NCBI GenBank assembly: GCA_019828565.1
Contig: JAHDYR010000011.1
Coordinates: forward strand, 421,314 to 485,313
Origin: Carpediemonas membranifera BICM
Taxonomy: Eukaryota; Protista; Fornicata
DNA: 64,000 nt
Reading direction: 5' to 3'
The position numbers were made by a program, and so were the translations under genes. Shown here piece after piece: positions 63,530-64,000 of this stretch (within the stretch, counting starts at the first letter, position 1; each line of letters opens with the position of its first letter). The notes under the pieces were generated by a model. The model was not told where the DNA came from. It saw only the letters and a list, made by a program, of their open reading frames with translations, and did no database searches.

Positions 63530-64000
63530 TCACCGCCTCTCTGGAAGCAGCTCCGTGTCACTAAACTGGGCACTCCTTGCCCTTGTCCCGAGTCTCAGCA
63601 ATGACCCGTTGGCCGTTGTAACCACATCATGGCCAACTCCCAGCAAGCTGTCTGCCGCACTCAGGATAGACGTGGTCCTGATCCCATCAGTGGCATACAA
63701 CACTCCCCGGGCAAGCGTGAGTGCGAGACCCATACCAATGGGCAAGAACTGCTGCGCAGGTACGGACTGAGCGCACACCGGTGTGGCCGGGCCATCGCCA
63801 CACGCCCCATGGGCCACACAGTGGAGCCTGCCCCTGCAGTGGACCCAGCCCTGGTACTCCCCTGACCTCCACTCCACCTGATGCCCCGTGATTACCGACG
63901 GGGCGACCCATGGCGTGCCTAGTCGCAGCACCGGTCTCCTTATGTCCACGACGGTCAGGGTGTCACTACTCTGGACAGACAGCACAGGTGCGAGTGTCGA
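63530..64000 (-). CDS. 3' part of hypothetical protein (starts outside window)
   Basis: Open frame running toward the window edge; beta-rich. Confidence 0.45.
   Translation of the reverse strand, partial: STLAPVLSVQSSDTLTVVDIRRPVLRLGTPWVAPSVITGHQVEWRSGEYQGWVHCRGRLHCVAHGACGDGPATPVCAQSVPAQQFLPIGMGLALTLARGVLYATDGIRTTSILSAADSLLGVGHDVVTTANGSLLRLGTRARSAQFSDTELLPERR

Overview
Eukaryotic protist DNA. The 28-32 nt spliceosomal introns with a branch point fused to the 3' splice site and the compact gene packing suggest a metamonad/fornicate such as Carpediemonas (inference). The window has two sharply different halves. (1) 1 to ~35 kb is a nested stack of mobile elements. A minus-strand DIRS-type tyrosine-recombinase retrotransposon is split by a chromodomain Ty3/Gypsy element (30238-34761, identical 87-bp LTRs, CGCTC TSD, a palindrome in place of a tRNA PBS). 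It is also split by two APE-RT non-LTR retrotransposons (13829-18990 and 20630-28850), the second carrying a third antisense truncated copy (21315-22321). At its left end the DIRS element abuts a >13.8 kb DNA element. That element encodes a RAG1/Transib/CMC-like DDE transposase plus chromatin-type cargo: a vSET-like+chromodomain protein, a PHD-finger protein, a Ser/Thr kinase and a degenerate tyrosine-recombinase-like protein. It also has internal inverted repeats and a CCCTAG-type terminus. (2) ~35.2-64 kb is ordinary gene-dense host sequence: ankyrin kinase, FABP-like, TBC GAP, PLA2-like, MEK, CFAP20, U1A-like, GH15, RCC1-like, ULK/ATG1-like, NUFIP1, ARPC1, NTF2 and LARP. Many frameshifts in the mobile elements fall in homopolymers and may be sequencing errors. 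All calls come from motif reading by eye; no searches were run.
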